The translations under genes were made by a program, and so were the position numbers. A stretch of 63,818 nucleotides of DNA, the filler included, from Octopus bimaculoides (lineage: Eukaryota): NCBI RefSeq assembly GCF_001194135.2. It is 5 parts of 5 records of this genome, joined end to end, with 100 filler letters (N's around TTAATTAATTAA, not from the genome) between each part and the next. Parts side by side here need not be neighbours in the genome. Positions count along the whole stretch, not along the records: positions 1 to 19,808 come from NC_069006.1; 4 more parts are not named here. One strand, given 5' to 3'. A model generated the notes under the pieces. It did no database searches. It worked only from the letters and a program-made list of their open reading frames with translations, and was not told the origin of the DNA. This document shows positions 1 through 12,488 of this stretch, in pieces; positions within the stretch are counted from its first letter, which is position 1; each line of letters begins with the position of its first letter.

Positions 1-34
<34 letters not shown>

Positions 35-59
35 CAAGTAGGAATTAAACTGAGGCAAA

Positions 60-205
60 TCGGCTCGGAAGCCAGTCAGGCGGCACTGGCATCGGTCATG
101 TTCGGATGGTGCTTTTTATATGCCACCAACATGGGGAGCCAGACAGGCGTGCAGGCAGACATCATGGACACTTTATACGTGGCACCAGAATGTGACCCAT
201 GAATG
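60..205 (-). mobile_element. RTE 3' UTR hairpin-module repeat
   Basis: Reverse complement of the gccagtgccgcctgactggc...ggtggca.ataaaaagcacc module. Confidence 0.65.
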
Positions 206-712
206 TTCACATTCCTGATAACCCTTCAAAATAATGATTTGTATTCCACTTAACAGAAATGTGTTGATTAATCAACTTCATCATCATCATCATCATCATC
301 ATTATATAGACATGTTGCTTCTCTTTGTATACTATAAAGTGAGTGTATACACAATAGGCATGTATTGTAAATATTCTACATGATGCTATGTATGTGTGTG
401 TGTATATGTATATATATGTGTGTGTGTGTTTTTCTTTTTTTTTCCATTCCATCATCGACAGGCTGTGTATTATCTGTTTAGCATAACACCACAACAAAAA
501 TGTTTGAAATGTTGAAAATTATAGATTGGCCTTTATGTAATTAAAGTAAATTTTTTTTTTTTTTCACTTAAATAATAGACGTGTATTTTTTGCTCGCCAG
601 ACATCCATAGTGGGGTTTGTGTGCATGTGACTTTTTCTTTTTTTTTTTTTTGTCATTTTTTAAAAAATTCTATTTTTAATTTTCACAGTTTTTCCTTTTA
701 AATCATTTCGGG

Positions 713-769
<57 letters not shown>

Positions 770-1302
770 TTTCCACTTTATTATATTTGTTTAGTTGGTA
801 AAAGAGAATTACTGTCTGAATTTGTTTCCATCAGTTGCTGTTTTGTTACTTATCAGTATTGGTTTCATGTTAGGAATCCTGCTTCTCCTATCACACACAA
901 CATACATTTGTGTTTGTGTGTTTGTGTAAAGACACTCACACACACACAGTCGGAATCACTGTGGAATATTGGCATGCAGATTGAGCACAGTACCAGTATT
1001 TTTGTTACTCGAGGCATCATCATCATCATTATTATTAATAGCTGTAGTAGTAGTATTAATATTTTGCTTGCCACTACGTTCTGAGTTCAAATTCCGCCAA
1101 GGTCGACTTTGCTTTCATCCTCTCAGGGTTGATAAAGTAATTGACTAGTCCTCTCCCTACAATGGCTACTCATGTGGCAAAATTTGAAACCATTATCCAA
1201 CCTTTTCATTATATATATACAGTGGACTGTTCACATGTCAGTAGGATCAGCAGAAATCTACTCAACTCAGTGAGAGATGAGTGTTATGTAATGAGCACAC
1301 TA

Positions 1303-1460
1303 AGTTATACATGAGCTACTGCAAGTTTCATGCTCTGCTAGTGCAATCATTGGACAGGCTTGTGTACCATACCAAATGTGAGCCTGAACGCTTACCAGAT
1401 TGTGCCTGCCTGTTCAATTCCTGCACTATCTGAACAACTTGACATAGTTCATGTATAACT
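1303..1460. mobile_element. Small inverted-repeat element (possible MITE)
   Basis: Arms 1303-1327 (agttatacatgagctactgcaagtt) and 1436-1460 match at 21 of 25 positions as reverse complements. Confidence 0.4.
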
Positions 1461-1751
1461 CCTGTATTTATGAAATTGTGTGTGTGTGTGTGTGTGTGAA
1501 TATTTTGGTATACAGAAAAGTATGATTAGGTGGAAGGAAGGAAGCTATCATTCCTTAATCTGTTAATATATAAAGTATGACAAGGTCCTTTGATTTTCTG
1601 AAGGAAATCAAAATTGACTTGGGGGGGGGGGNNNNNNNNNNTCTACCCTGGTACCTGTGTTTGTTCTTTTTTCTTTTCAAGTCTGGTACTTTTTTGTCGG
1701 AATTTTTTGTTGAACTGCTAAGTTACCGGGACGTAGATACACATATGCAAG

Positions 1752-1874
1752 GCAGGCTTCTTTCAGTTTCCATCTACCAAATCGACTCAAGGTTTTGGTC
1801 AGCCAGAGGGACTGAGACCAGAATCATGCGGTTTAAGAAGCAAATTTCTTAGCACACAGCCTCTCCTGTGCCTG
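1752..1874 (-). mobile_element. Family-1 SINE 5' fragment
   Basis: ggcttctttcagtttccatctaccaaatc...agcacacagcctctcctgtgcct. Confidence 0.7.
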
Positions 1875-2556
1875 TTGTTCTTTTTTTTACTTTTTTGTAA
1901 TTTTTTTTTTTTTCCTTTAACCTATTTGGCACTCCATTGTCATGTCAGAAAAGAGGTAAAAGTGTGTTCGAATTTCAGAAATGATAAAAACTACCAAAAC
2001 AAAAAATGCTACAATAAAAATACTTTTCTTATTAATTCAAATGGCTTCGGAAAGGATTAAAATAAATGGGAGGGGAAAACTCCAAAAGACACAGATTTAT
2101 CTGGCAACCCAATATTTGTATATAACCAAGAAATATTATCTCCATTAATTGCAATAATCTGTGATATATATATACACGTCTCTCTCTCTTTCTTACTATA
2201 TAATTCTGGTAAAATCCTTGTACACTGCTGTGTACAATACAGGTATTGGCTACATCTCACCAATGTACTACAGGTGCAAAAAAATGTTTCAAAGCAATTA
2301 TAGTGATTTTAAATAATGCTATTTATTCCATTTGCTATCATTTGTGTATCTATCATATATATATATAAATTTAAGTCACAATATGTGGATTCAAGTAATC
2401 CGGTAATTTATTTATTAAATGTGATAATATAAATTATTGACATGTTTTTTAAGTTACAAAACAATTTGTTGTGAAATTAGGATTTAGCTATTAAATAAAA
2501 TTTCATCAAACTATTTCTCTGTCATTTGTGAATATATATATATATGTGTGTGTATG

Positions 2557-2591
<35 letters not shown>

Positions 2592-2623
2592 NNNNNNNNN
2601 NGGTGGAAAATATACTTCATGAT

Positions 2624-2654
<31 letters not shown>

Positions 2655-2854
2655 TACTATTCTGCAATGACAAGATCAACTTAAAAAGTACTCCATCTGG
2701 TGAGAGATAAATATTATTTAATAAACACGTTTTCTGTGTTACTATTAGTTTCATGTGCTAAGAGCATGCCAGACTGTGTCCTGGCACAGTCATCAGACAC
2801 TGCCCACATGGCGTAACAAATTAATATATCATCATTTTAATGTCCTTGTTTCCA

Positions 2855-2980
2855 TGCTGTCGGGGTTGGCTGGTTTGACAGGAACCAATAGGTCAAAGGA
2901 CTGCACTGAGCTCTAATGTCTGCTTTGGCATGGTTTTTTTACTGCTGGATGCCCTTCCTAACACCAACCACTTTACACCA
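2855..2980 (-). mobile_element. RTE 3' UTR repeat copy
   Basis: ttccatgctg...ctggatgcccttcctaacaccaacca is the reverse complement of the RTE tail. Confidence 0.6.
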
Positions 2981-3951
2981 TGGACTCTGTGTGTGTATAT
3001 ATATTTGTGTGCATATGCATATACACGTCCCAACTCTACTTTCACTTTATGAAATTCTTATTAAACAACTACTAAATACTTAGTTAAGTACCAGCTCTCC
3101 TCCCACCCCACCCCACCTCCTGGATGCCTAATTTTATTTTCACAAATTGTTTTCATCCTTGCATTTAGAAATGTTGCTACGAGATCCCTCTGCTGTCTTA
3201 TCTGGACGATAAGGAAAAGGTCTGGGAGAAAATTTTTTATGTATCTTTTCTGCATTTAGATATCATCTCTTAGGATTATTATTATTATTATTGTTGTTGT
3301 TATTACCACTACTACCATCTCATCTGATTAATATTAAGCACTTAGCCATTAAACTAACCATTATGTTCGTTATTTCTGTTCTATTTAATTGTTAAATTTC
3401 AGTTAATGTTTTTAATTAAAAATCTAAAATAATATTTAACATTTAATTAATGCTTCATTTGAATAACTCATTAGTTTGTTGTTTCAAATGCTTCTGCATA
3501 TAATTTCATTGCTTTTAAGATAAATCTTCTGGTGTGGGAAAATATACGTTGTAACAATGAAGTCAAACCAAATAGTGATATTTTGGAATCGTTTAATATG
3601 CACATTTCAAGTTTTTGTAACATATAATAGGAAATGCATCTATTAAGTAAACCTTCCTCAGTTGAAGCATCTCAGAATATGAAGAAATTGATGGAAATAT
3701 TTTCTTCCCCTCCCCTTTATCATCATTGGTTAACGTTGAACCTGTACCAGACTTTTGTGTCTGTTTTGGTAGGGTTTTTACAGCTGGATGCTCTTTCTAT
3801 CTTACTTTAAATCTCTTTCTCTTCTTTTTTTCTCTCCCTCTCTTCCCTTTTCTCCCTCCCCCGCCCATATGCATATCTATCCTCCTTCTGCTCTAATCTT
3901 ATATATATTGAAATATTTTTATCAATTTCTTCACATTTTGTAATGTCTTAA

Positions 3952-4011
3952 CTGAAGAAGGTTTACGTAATGGATGCAGTTCCTATTACATATTAGACAA
4001 ACCTGAAATGT
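3952..4011 (+). ncRNA. Degenerate hammerhead-like motif with extended stem II
   Basis: CTGAAGA-AGGTTT-(34 nt, containing gtaat.gga/tcc.tattac)-AAACCT-GAAAT-GT, then ATTAAA. The TG dinucleotides fit CpG decay of ccGAAACGT. Confidence 0.35.
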
Positions 4012-4789
4012 GCGTATTAAATGCTTTCAAAATATCAGTTTCATTTTACTTCGTTGTTACAACTTACATAACTTTATGCTAATACAAAGTAACCAGTCTG
4101 GGCGCCACCTACGCAGATTTTCTAACAACGATTTGCAGTATTTGACTTAAGTCAACAATTGTAGTACCATGAACTACTTCTTAACATAACATAAAACATA
4201 TATATCAAATATTTAAGAAAATGATTAACGATCCAGGTGAAATATTTAATAAGTTCTCTGTTTAGTGATGTAGACCAAGCTAACAAATTTATTCTATGAT
4301 AGATTTAGAAATCTAGGTAATCCGAATTTAACAAACTCCCCAATCCAATTCATAAATCCAAGGTTTGGTCACCAAGTAAAATTGATATGTTACAGAATAA
4401 TATAGAAAATGCACTAATATAATGAATAGTTATACATTTTATTCGAGTTAGCTTACACATGTTTCTGATAAAATTTGGAGAAACCTAATTCCCTATTGCA
4501 ATAATCCCATAGGCATATGTGTATGTATGTCTGTGTCTATTACACTGTTCTGGTATTGTGAAGATCCACAAAAGTATTCCATCCTATGAGAGTTAAATGT
4601 CGTATGATATACGCAAGATTTAAATGTGAGCTGTTTTAAGTTTCATGCTCCAATGGTATAGTAGTTGGACAAGCTTGTACGGATTGTCCTGCATTATTGT
4701 AGCCTTTCAGGCTCAAGAAAGATTGTGGGGTAGTTTGTCCATTTTACATTGCCCCAGTCTACTTGATTGTAAACTAGTACCAGCTGTGC

Positions 4790-4852
4790 ATCTCTTCCTC
4801 CCTCCCTCTCTTTCTCCCCTTCTCTCTTTCTCCCTCCCTCTCTCTTTCTCCT

Positions 4853-4894
<42 letters not shown>

Positions 4895-5030
4895 CCTCCC
4901 TCTTTCTCCCCCTCTCTCTTTCTCCCTCCCTCTCCCTTTCTCCCCTCTCTCTTTCTCCCTTCCTCCTTCTCCCTCTCTCTTTCTCCCCCTCTCTCTTTCT
5001 CCCTCCCTTCCCCATTCCATCCATTGCATT
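4790..5030. repeat. Pure polypyrimidine (CT-rich) tract
   Basis: About 240 nt of almost only C and T. Confidence 0.9.
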
Positions 5031-5454
5031 CTTCATGTTCAGCTAGGTCTTGGACAAGAGGGCTGAGTGGGTGACCATGTCTGCTTGTGACTACACAGAC
5101 ACCTCCCCCACTTCCTAAAATACTTACTGAAAGCTTGGTACTTGCCACAAAACTCACAAGTGATGAATGATTTTTGTTTTTCTGGTCCACTCTTTAACAT
5201 ATGCACCTTAACTATCTGTTAAATGCAATTTTAAGAGATATTCTATACTCACCCACCTGTTCATAATTTCTTTGGTTGTCATCATTACTTCACCACCCTG
5301 TTGCACCTCATCTAGACAGCAACTGCTCCAGTAGTGGCTTATTAATTATATGCACACGCACATGCACGCACGTATAATCCTTGTGATTATCTCCCCTTCT
5401 AAATTGAGCGTTTGTCTTTTATGGTATTTGACATACCTGTATTTGTGTACATGT

Positions 5455-5820
5455 TGGCAAGCATGGCTGTGTGATAAGAAACTTGCTTTCCAACCACATG
5501 GTTCTGGGTTCGGTCCCAATGCATGGCACCTTGGCTGTCTTCTACTATAGCCTCGGGCTGACCAAAGCCTTGCAAGTGGATTTGGTAGAAACTGAAAGAA
5601 GCCCATCGTGCATATATTTATGTCTGTGTTTGTCTCACCACCATCACTTGACAACCAATGTTGGTGTGTTTACATCCCCTCCATAACTTAGCGGTTCAGA
5701 AAAAAAAAAGAATAGAATAAGTACTAGACTTACAACAAACAAGTCCTGGGGTTGATTTGTTCAACTAAAACCCTTGAAGGTGGTGCTCCAGCATGGCCAC
5801 AGTCAAATGACTGAAACATT
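5455..5820 (+). mobile_element. tRNA-derived SINE, family 1 (near full length)
   Basis: Pol III A/B-box-like head ggctgtgtgataag...ggttcggtcc, body tgtcttctactatagcctcgggctgaccaaagcc...ggaaactgaaagaagccc, tail ggtgctccagcatggccacagtcaaatgactgaaaca. It recurs at 1752, 12864, 13043, 23935, 27230 and 33855. Confidence 0.8.
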
Positions 5821-7689
5821 TGCCCAGACTTGTGCCTTGGAAAGAAATGAAGGGGATCTTTCCCCCTTTTTTTTTTGTATATATAAGGGGAGGGTATGTG
5901 TGTATATATATATATATATATATCAGTTTCATAAAGTTCCAACATGGTCTGGTTTTCACTTTGAAATCTGATGATTTCTACGAACGTATGAAAGTGCTAA
6001 TTAAACTTTATGAACATTACTAATTATACTTTTTAATGTTTAACGCACTCCAACATTGTAAAAAAATTTTTTTTTTTTAAATGCAATAATATAAAATGTG
6101 AAAACCAGATCATGTTGTAACTTTATTCAACTGATATATTATTCTATACAGATTTACACATATTCGGAAAAATATATATGTATGTATATAGTTGAATAAG
6201 ATTTTGGTAAAAAAAAAAACCTTGTAGAATGCTATGCAAAGCTTGTCCACAGTTATTGGCTACCTGATGTCATCATACAATAGAAACATACTTGCTACAG
6301 GATATAGATCAGGAATTCCATAGTATCAGAGTGTGTATGAGATTAGAGGTGTGTTATAACAGTAGATTCTTTGTTTTAAACCAACATACAAACCAAACCA
6401 GCTACAAGACAGGTTCACTTCCATTATGTTCTTGCTTTGAGGCTTTCCGTTTATATTGTTTTTATTTTTCCCTCCGTTATAACCAGATGATATTATTACA
6501 TTTCCCTTGCTTCTTAAAGAGAAATAGCATTTTCACCCCACACCCAACTACCCACCCACCAATTCTTCGCTTCAGGCTGATCCAAACTCACTCCACTATT
6601 TCACCTACTTTGTTTCTTCTCCCAATTTGGCTACGACAAAGTCTGGCCACTAACACGGTTTTAGTTACTGCATTTTTCATTATTAACCTTTTTTTAATTG
6701 AATACAGTTTAAGTTAATGATGTCGCTCTATTTAATTAAAGCCAAACCAACAAACAATTTTAATTGGCCAAAAATTTAAACCAACCAAATTAGGCCTCTC
6801 ACACCTACCCTACAATGTCATTCTAAAACTAAGCAGTCACATTGTCGTGAACATCTTGAAGCTTCAAGATGATGCTTGATTAATTCAAAAGCAATCAGAA
6901 TAAATAATTATTACGTTTAAGAAAAAAGTCATCTGGATGCTAAAGGGGTGAATCAGTCATATCCAGCCGAAATATTCTCCCTGTTTTATGTTCAAACTGG
7001 CCAGATCCAACCTTTCACACCTACCCTACAATGTCTTTCTAAGGATATACAGTCCCATCAGTGAAATCTCAAAGCTATGAGATAACACACGATTTATTCA
7101 AAACAATGTGAACAAGAGCACTGAGAGAGCGCAAACCTCCACAAAGGCAACACCAACATCCTTTGAACAATTAGCCAGAGATGATTTTTGAAATGAGAAT
7201 ATCTGAAATAAACTCAACTGCTCTCACAATTACATATATAAACTGCTGTTTTTTTTTTTGTTTTTTTTTTGTTTTTTTTTTTTTTTTTTTTTTTGTTTTT
7301 TTTTTTTGTTTTGTTTTTTTTGGTAGATTTATATTGTACCCTTGCCTTTATGCTTTTACTACTGGCTGCAGCCAGTCAGCTGGATCAATTCCATATTGTT
7401 TTTGACCAAATCTTTCTCAAGGACTTTGTTGATAAATGAGAATTATTTGCAGAAACTAAATACCTCCCCCCCACACTTTTATTTCAATTAAATGTAATAA
7501 CAGTATTTCCTGTTTTAGACATTTAATATAAACCATAATGTTTTGTTTTTAAACTGTGTGTGTGTGCGTGTGTGTGCGTGTGTGTGTGTGTGTGTGGCTG
7601 CCTGTGCTGCTTAATATACGTATACTGAAGTTTTCCTGGATGTCTAAGCTCCTTTTATTTGTCTTCACATAAAGCTGGACTGTGAGTCA

Positions 7690-7885
7690 CTTGGCAACTT
7701 CACTGGTGCTGGTGCCACATAAAAACCACCCAGTACACTCTGTAAAGTGGTTGGCATTAGGAAGGGCATCCAGCTATAGAAAGCACATGAAAACAAATAC
7801 TGGAGCTCAATGCAATCGTCTGACTCACCAGATCCTATCAAACCATCCAGCTCCTCCTGCCAGCATGGAAGACGGATGTTAAATG
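7690..7885 (+). mobile_element. RTE 3' UTR repeat copy
   Basis: gtggttggcattaggaagggcatccagcta...cagcatggaagacggatgttaaatg. Confidence 0.75.
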
Positions 7886-9357
7886 GTGATATTAATGGTG
7901 TGTGTGGAAACAGGTTCAGTGAGACACTGAATTCTAAAGACGTTTAAAGATGGTGATCAAAAGTTCCAGTATTTCGGTGATGCTGACTTGTTTAACCATG
8001 TTGCTGTCTCTTGGTCTTGATATCGCATGATCGTTGTTCTTATACCAATCTATCCTTTGTTGAGAAAAATTATGTTTGAAACTATGTTTTGTTGAGATGT
8101 GTCGAGTTTATGGAGGCAACATGACTTGCAGAAAATGCCAATCCCCCACCCCCTTTTCTCTTTCGTAAATATTCACCATCATTACTGGAACAACCCAAAC
8201 AAATTTAATTTTGAAGTTAAAGGATTAAATGATATTATATAACAAGCTGAGNNNNNNNNNNNNNNNNNNNNNNNNNNNNNNNNNNNNNNNNNNNNNNNNN
8301 NNNNNNNNNNNNNNNNNNNNNNNNNNNNNNNNNNNNNNNNNNNNNNNNNNNNNNNNNNNNNNNNNNNNNNNNNNNNNNNNNNNNNNNNNNNNNNNNNNNN
8401 NNNNNNNNNNNNNNNNNNNNNNNNNNNNNNNNNNNNNNNNNNNNNNNNNNNNNNNNNNNNNNNNNNNNNNNNNNNNNNNNNNNNNNNNNNNNNNNNNNNN
8501 NNNNNNNNNNNNNNNNNNNNNNNNNNNNNNNNNNNNNNNNNNNNNNNNNNNNNNNNNNNNNNNNNNNNNNNNNNNNNNNNNNNNNNNNNNNNNNNNNNNN
8601 NNNNNNNNNNNNNNNNNNNNNNNNNNNNNNNNNNNNNNNNNNNNNNNNNNNNNNNNNNNNNNNNNNNNNNNNNNNNNNNNNNNNNNNNNNNNNNNNNNNN
8701 NNNNNNNNNNNNNNNNNNNNNNNNNNNNNNNNNNNNNNNNNNNNNNNNNNNNNNNNNNNNNNNNNNNNNNNNNNNNNNNNNNNNNNNNNNNNNNNNNNNN
8801 NNNNNNNNNNNNNNNNNNNNNNNNNNNNNNNNNNNNNNNNNNNNNNNNNNNNNNNNNNNNNNNNNNNNNNNNNNNNNNNNNNNNNNNNNGGCTTGCAGAA
8901 AATACCACCAATTCTAATTTTTGGTAACTACTTTAACATAATTACCAGAATAATCATGAAATTTAATTTTACAGTTAAAGGGTGAAGGTTGTTTCTTGTT
9001 CTCTGACTATTATTTTTGTTCTTTGCATCATATACGGAACTGTCCAAGATCCAACAATACCAAAAGGTCTTGTGTTATTTTCAGTGAAAAATAGCAGCAG
9101 ACGAGTTGTATGAATTTCCACAGTGGTGGGACAGGGAGGAGGGGCTGACAAGATACAGTTTTTGTTGTTGTTGTTAACCTTTGTTCTTGTTCTCTCTCTC
9201 TCTCTCTCTCTTTTGTTCAAAGCTCATTTGAAACTCTACTGCTTCACTCTTTGTCTAAGGTTGTATCGTTTCTGTTAAGGAATTTACAAGTTTCTTGCTA
9301 AACAACTACTTCGTTAAATACATAATTTATAATTAACATTTTGTTGTCTGTTTCCAG

Positions 9358-9554
9358 GCATCCCTGCCTGAATCGTCTGGGAGTGGGGAGCCTCACTCGC
9401 TGGGACACTGCAGCAATGCAGCTTCTGACGTCAGCTGGGAGCATATAGATGAAAAGGACTCTAAAATGACCCTTTGGGTTCCAGACCATGCAGTGACCCA
9501 CTGTGCTGGGTGTGAAGCTGCCTTCTGGTTTGTGAGGCGTAAACACCACTGTCG
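9358..9554 (+). CDS. MTMR3/4: Penultimate coding exon of a myotubularin-related protein 3/4-like gene (N-terminal half of the FYVE domain)
   Basis: Acceptor ttgttgtctgtttccag before 9358 and donor gtaag at 9555. The 197-nt exon reads ASLPESSGSGEPHSLGHCSNAASDVSWEHIDEKDSKMTLWVPDHAVTHCAGCEAAFWFVRRKHHC(R). It has the FYVE WxxD and R(R/K)HHCR motifs. The preceding SWE.ID......T.W.PDH segment matches my recollection of vertebrate MTMR3/4. Confidence 0.92.
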
Positions 9555-10294
9555 GTAAGCTATGTTACCTGCCATGCTATTCAACAATTTCAACAAACCT
9601 AATCCAGGAGTTTGTGTCTGCCTTTGGTTAATAACTAACTCAGCACACTTGTTTTTAAATGTATTTTGCTTCTGTTCGGGATAAGTACACACCATATTGC
9701 AATTAACACAAAGGAAAATAGGTAATGCTTTGTCATTCATTCCTGTCTAGCTAGTTTTTCTTTTGTCTGTTCTCTTCAGTTTCTGTGTGACACAGTAGTA
9801 CCGCTTTACTCATCAGGCAGTCAATTCTGAAATGTTTGATATCACAAGAATCATACTAACTTTGTTGACATTCATTTCAAAGAATGTTTAAAAAATAAGA
9901 CAAAAAAAATTTTCTCATGCAAGGGAGACAACCCTTGTCCCTTCTGTCATTCATTATCTGTTCTGTATTGATACCATTACAAGACAGATTTTGACTTTGA
10001 ATATTTTCGAGTTAAATCACCATCAGCTTTAATCATAAACTAACAATATTTCAGTCTCAGAGCTGTCTTTATGGGTTTCTGTAAACTTCAACTCTTCCTC
10101 TTTCTGCTGACAAGTGGGGAAGCTATCTGTGACGGATTAAACATCCTACCCTGGCGAGATTTATCTCTTATATTCTTTAATGCTACAGGAAGCCAAAGCT
10201 AAAATATTGGCCACGTAGTTTGTTGGGAAAATTAATCTCTTTGAAATCCCCGAGTTTTCTTGAGTAAAATATATTTCGGATCATTTAAATTCAT

Positions 10295-10480
10295 CATCAT
10301 CGTCGTCGTCGTTTAACATCTGTTTTCCATGCTAGCATGGGTTGGACGGTTCGACTGGGGTCTGGGAAGCCAAGAGGCTGCACCAGGCTCCAGTCTGATC
10401 TGGCAGAGTTTCTACAGCTGGATGCCCTTCCTAACGCCAACCACTCCGAGAGTGTAGTGGGTGTTTTTACGTGGACTCTC
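10295..10480 (-). mobile_element. RTE 3' UTR repeat copy, antisense within the MTMR3/4 intron
   Basis: catcatcatcgtcgtcgtttaacatc..ttttccatgctagcatggg...ctggatgcccttcctaacgccaaccactc; the reverse complement is near-identical to 14610-14780. Confidence 0.8.
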
Positions 10481-11047
10481 CCATCATTAAACAACATGAG
10501 AGTTCGACAATTTCTTGGTTGTAGTTATCAAATGTTTGTGTAGTCATAAGCTCACTCCGTCCATCAGATCGACGTTACCTGTACAGGTGCAACGGGGTGC
10601 CACATGTCACATGACAAAAAGATCACAGAGCAAATCATGAGTGCAACACTTTAACCATTAAGCCATGGATATATGGATTCAAGTAATCCGGTGTTACTCA
10701 TAAAAGAAGCTCCTGAACGTGTCATTCTACAAAACGTATAGAATATATCGTGCGAAAGAAGAGAAAGCAATAAGGAGTGTATAAAGTCATGAATGACAGG
10801 AAACACTTGAATGAAAATTTATTTAACAAGTAAATTCTAATGTCATGACAAATTGTTTCGTAACTTAAAACTTGTTGATAATTTATATTATTATATTTAA
10901 TAATAAATCTCTTACATGTCTGCATTAATGCAAAATGAACAAAATCTTTTGTAATAATGCAAAATTGTTTACATGTTTTTAAGTTATGAAACAATTTGTT
11001 GTGATATTTGAATTTCCNNNNNNNNNNCTATTTTTGTCATTTATGAC

Positions 11048-11092
<45 letters not shown>

Positions 11093-11393
11093 TACTCTCT
11101 CTCTGTGTGTGTGTGTGTGTGTAGTACTCTCTCTCTGTGTATGTCTTCTCAATTTTTCTTTCTACGTCTCTGAAATTCAGGACAGACTATCTCTGGAATT
11201 TCCTGTATGTTGTTATTACACTTGAAGGATTGGTTCCAAAATTACACAGAAGTTTAAGACTTCAAACAGTAATAAAAAGAGAGAGGTGGAGGGGTTCGTG
11301 AATTATAGAAGTTGCTTGTCAGCCTTGATGGCTGGTCGAGAAATCTAATGATAAATACTAAAAGTGTTTGCTGTCTTGGATCTAGTACCTGGT

Positions 11394-11489
11394 TTAACCC
11401 TATTTGCATATAATAAGCCAGTTGTATCTGGTCCAAAGTATTCTGCTTGTATTACATGTGACAGAGTAATCTCAATACTAAAAGGTTAA
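11394..11489. mobile_element. Short piggyBac-type MITE remnant
   Basis: TTAA|CCCTATTTGCAT ... ATACTAAAAGG|TTAA. Related sequence with tgctaaagggg|tgaa lies at 6760-6952, and another TTAA|CCCTTTTTGTTACC left end at 13506. Confidence 0.5.
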
Positions 11490-11612
11490 TGTAAATTTTA
11501 TATATTAATATAATATAATAAGATCAATAATCTTTTAATTGTTTAAATTATCAGACTGCGGCCATATTGTGGCAACACCAATTGTCAAGTTGTGATAGGG
11601 AACAGACACAAA

Positions 11613-11658
<46 letters not shown>

Positions 11659-12059
11659 NNNNNNNNNNNNNNNNNNNNNNNNNNNNNNATACATACATAA
11701 ACCATAAAGTGGGTTTATATATCATGTGTAGTACCTGTTTTTTTTTGGGGGGGGGACTGATTTATCCCTTATTGGCACTTTGTCAGTTACAGCAAGGGTT
11801 CCAGTTGATCTGATCAAATGGAACAGCCTTCTCGTGAAATTAACATGCAGGTGGTGGAGTATTCCACAGACACATGAACCCTTAACTAAATTGTCAGGAA
11901 GATTCAGCATGATGCAGCATGTGATAAGGCTGGTCCTTTCAAAATACAGATGCAACTCATTTTTGCCAGCTGAGTGGATGACCCATGCATGGACTGAGTG
12001 CAATGTGAAATAATATGTCTTGCTGAAGGACATTTGTCTATGCTGGAGGACTGCTTCTT

Positions 12060-12488
12060 TGTCAGATGACGAGGACAGCTGCAGAAAGACATGTCAATTG
12101 CCAATCTCTGTGGAAGAGGTAGACCCAGGAAGACATGGGATGAGGTGGTGAAGCATGATCTTCAAATATTGGATTTAACGGAGGCGATGACAAGTGATCG
12201 TGACATTTGGTGATATGCTGTTCTTGAGGAGGAGACTTGTCAAGCCAAGTGAAGTGGCCAGTGTTGGTGACACATAATAGGCACCTATGCCAGTGACCCT
12301 TGAAAGGCATCCATGCGGATGACCTGTACAAGACAGCCGCTACACTTTTGGGGTGGTTGGTGATAGGAAGAGCATCCAGCTGTAGAAACCAAACCAAAAT
12401 CGGACTGGAACATGGGGCAGCTCTCCGACTTAGCAGTTCCAGTCTAACCCATGCCAGCATGGAAAGCGGATGCTAAATGATAATGACG
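12060..12488 (+). mobile_element. RTE LINE 3' end with 3' UTR
   Basis: Reads GRGRPRKTWDEVVKHDLQILDLTEAMTSDRDIW*YAVLE, then the recurring UTR ggtggttgg...aagagcatccagctgtagaaa...cccatgccagcatggaaagcggatgctaaatgat. Confidence 0.8.

Noticed and set aside
714-766. Long poly(T) as the tail of a minus-strand processed pseudogene, also 7247-7321
   Set aside because: No adjacent coding or SINE body and no TSD was identified; treated as a simple homopolymer.
4645-5190. ER/GR-rich and SL-rich ORFs, plus all YIYI, CVCV, THTH, poly-S/K/M/I/N/Y ORFs in the track
   Set aside because: These are translations of microsatellites.
6299-6348. Possible 48-nt upstream MTMR3/4 exon (DIDQEFHSIRVCMRLE)
   Set aside because: Weak donor and no resemblance to the coiled-coil region expected before the FYVE domain.
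8225-8927. Long X-filled ORFs here and at 15771-16796, 34097-34968 and 42237-42805
   Set aside because: These are translations through N gaps. Upstream MTMR3/4 exons could be hidden in the 8252-8889 gap but cannot be seen.
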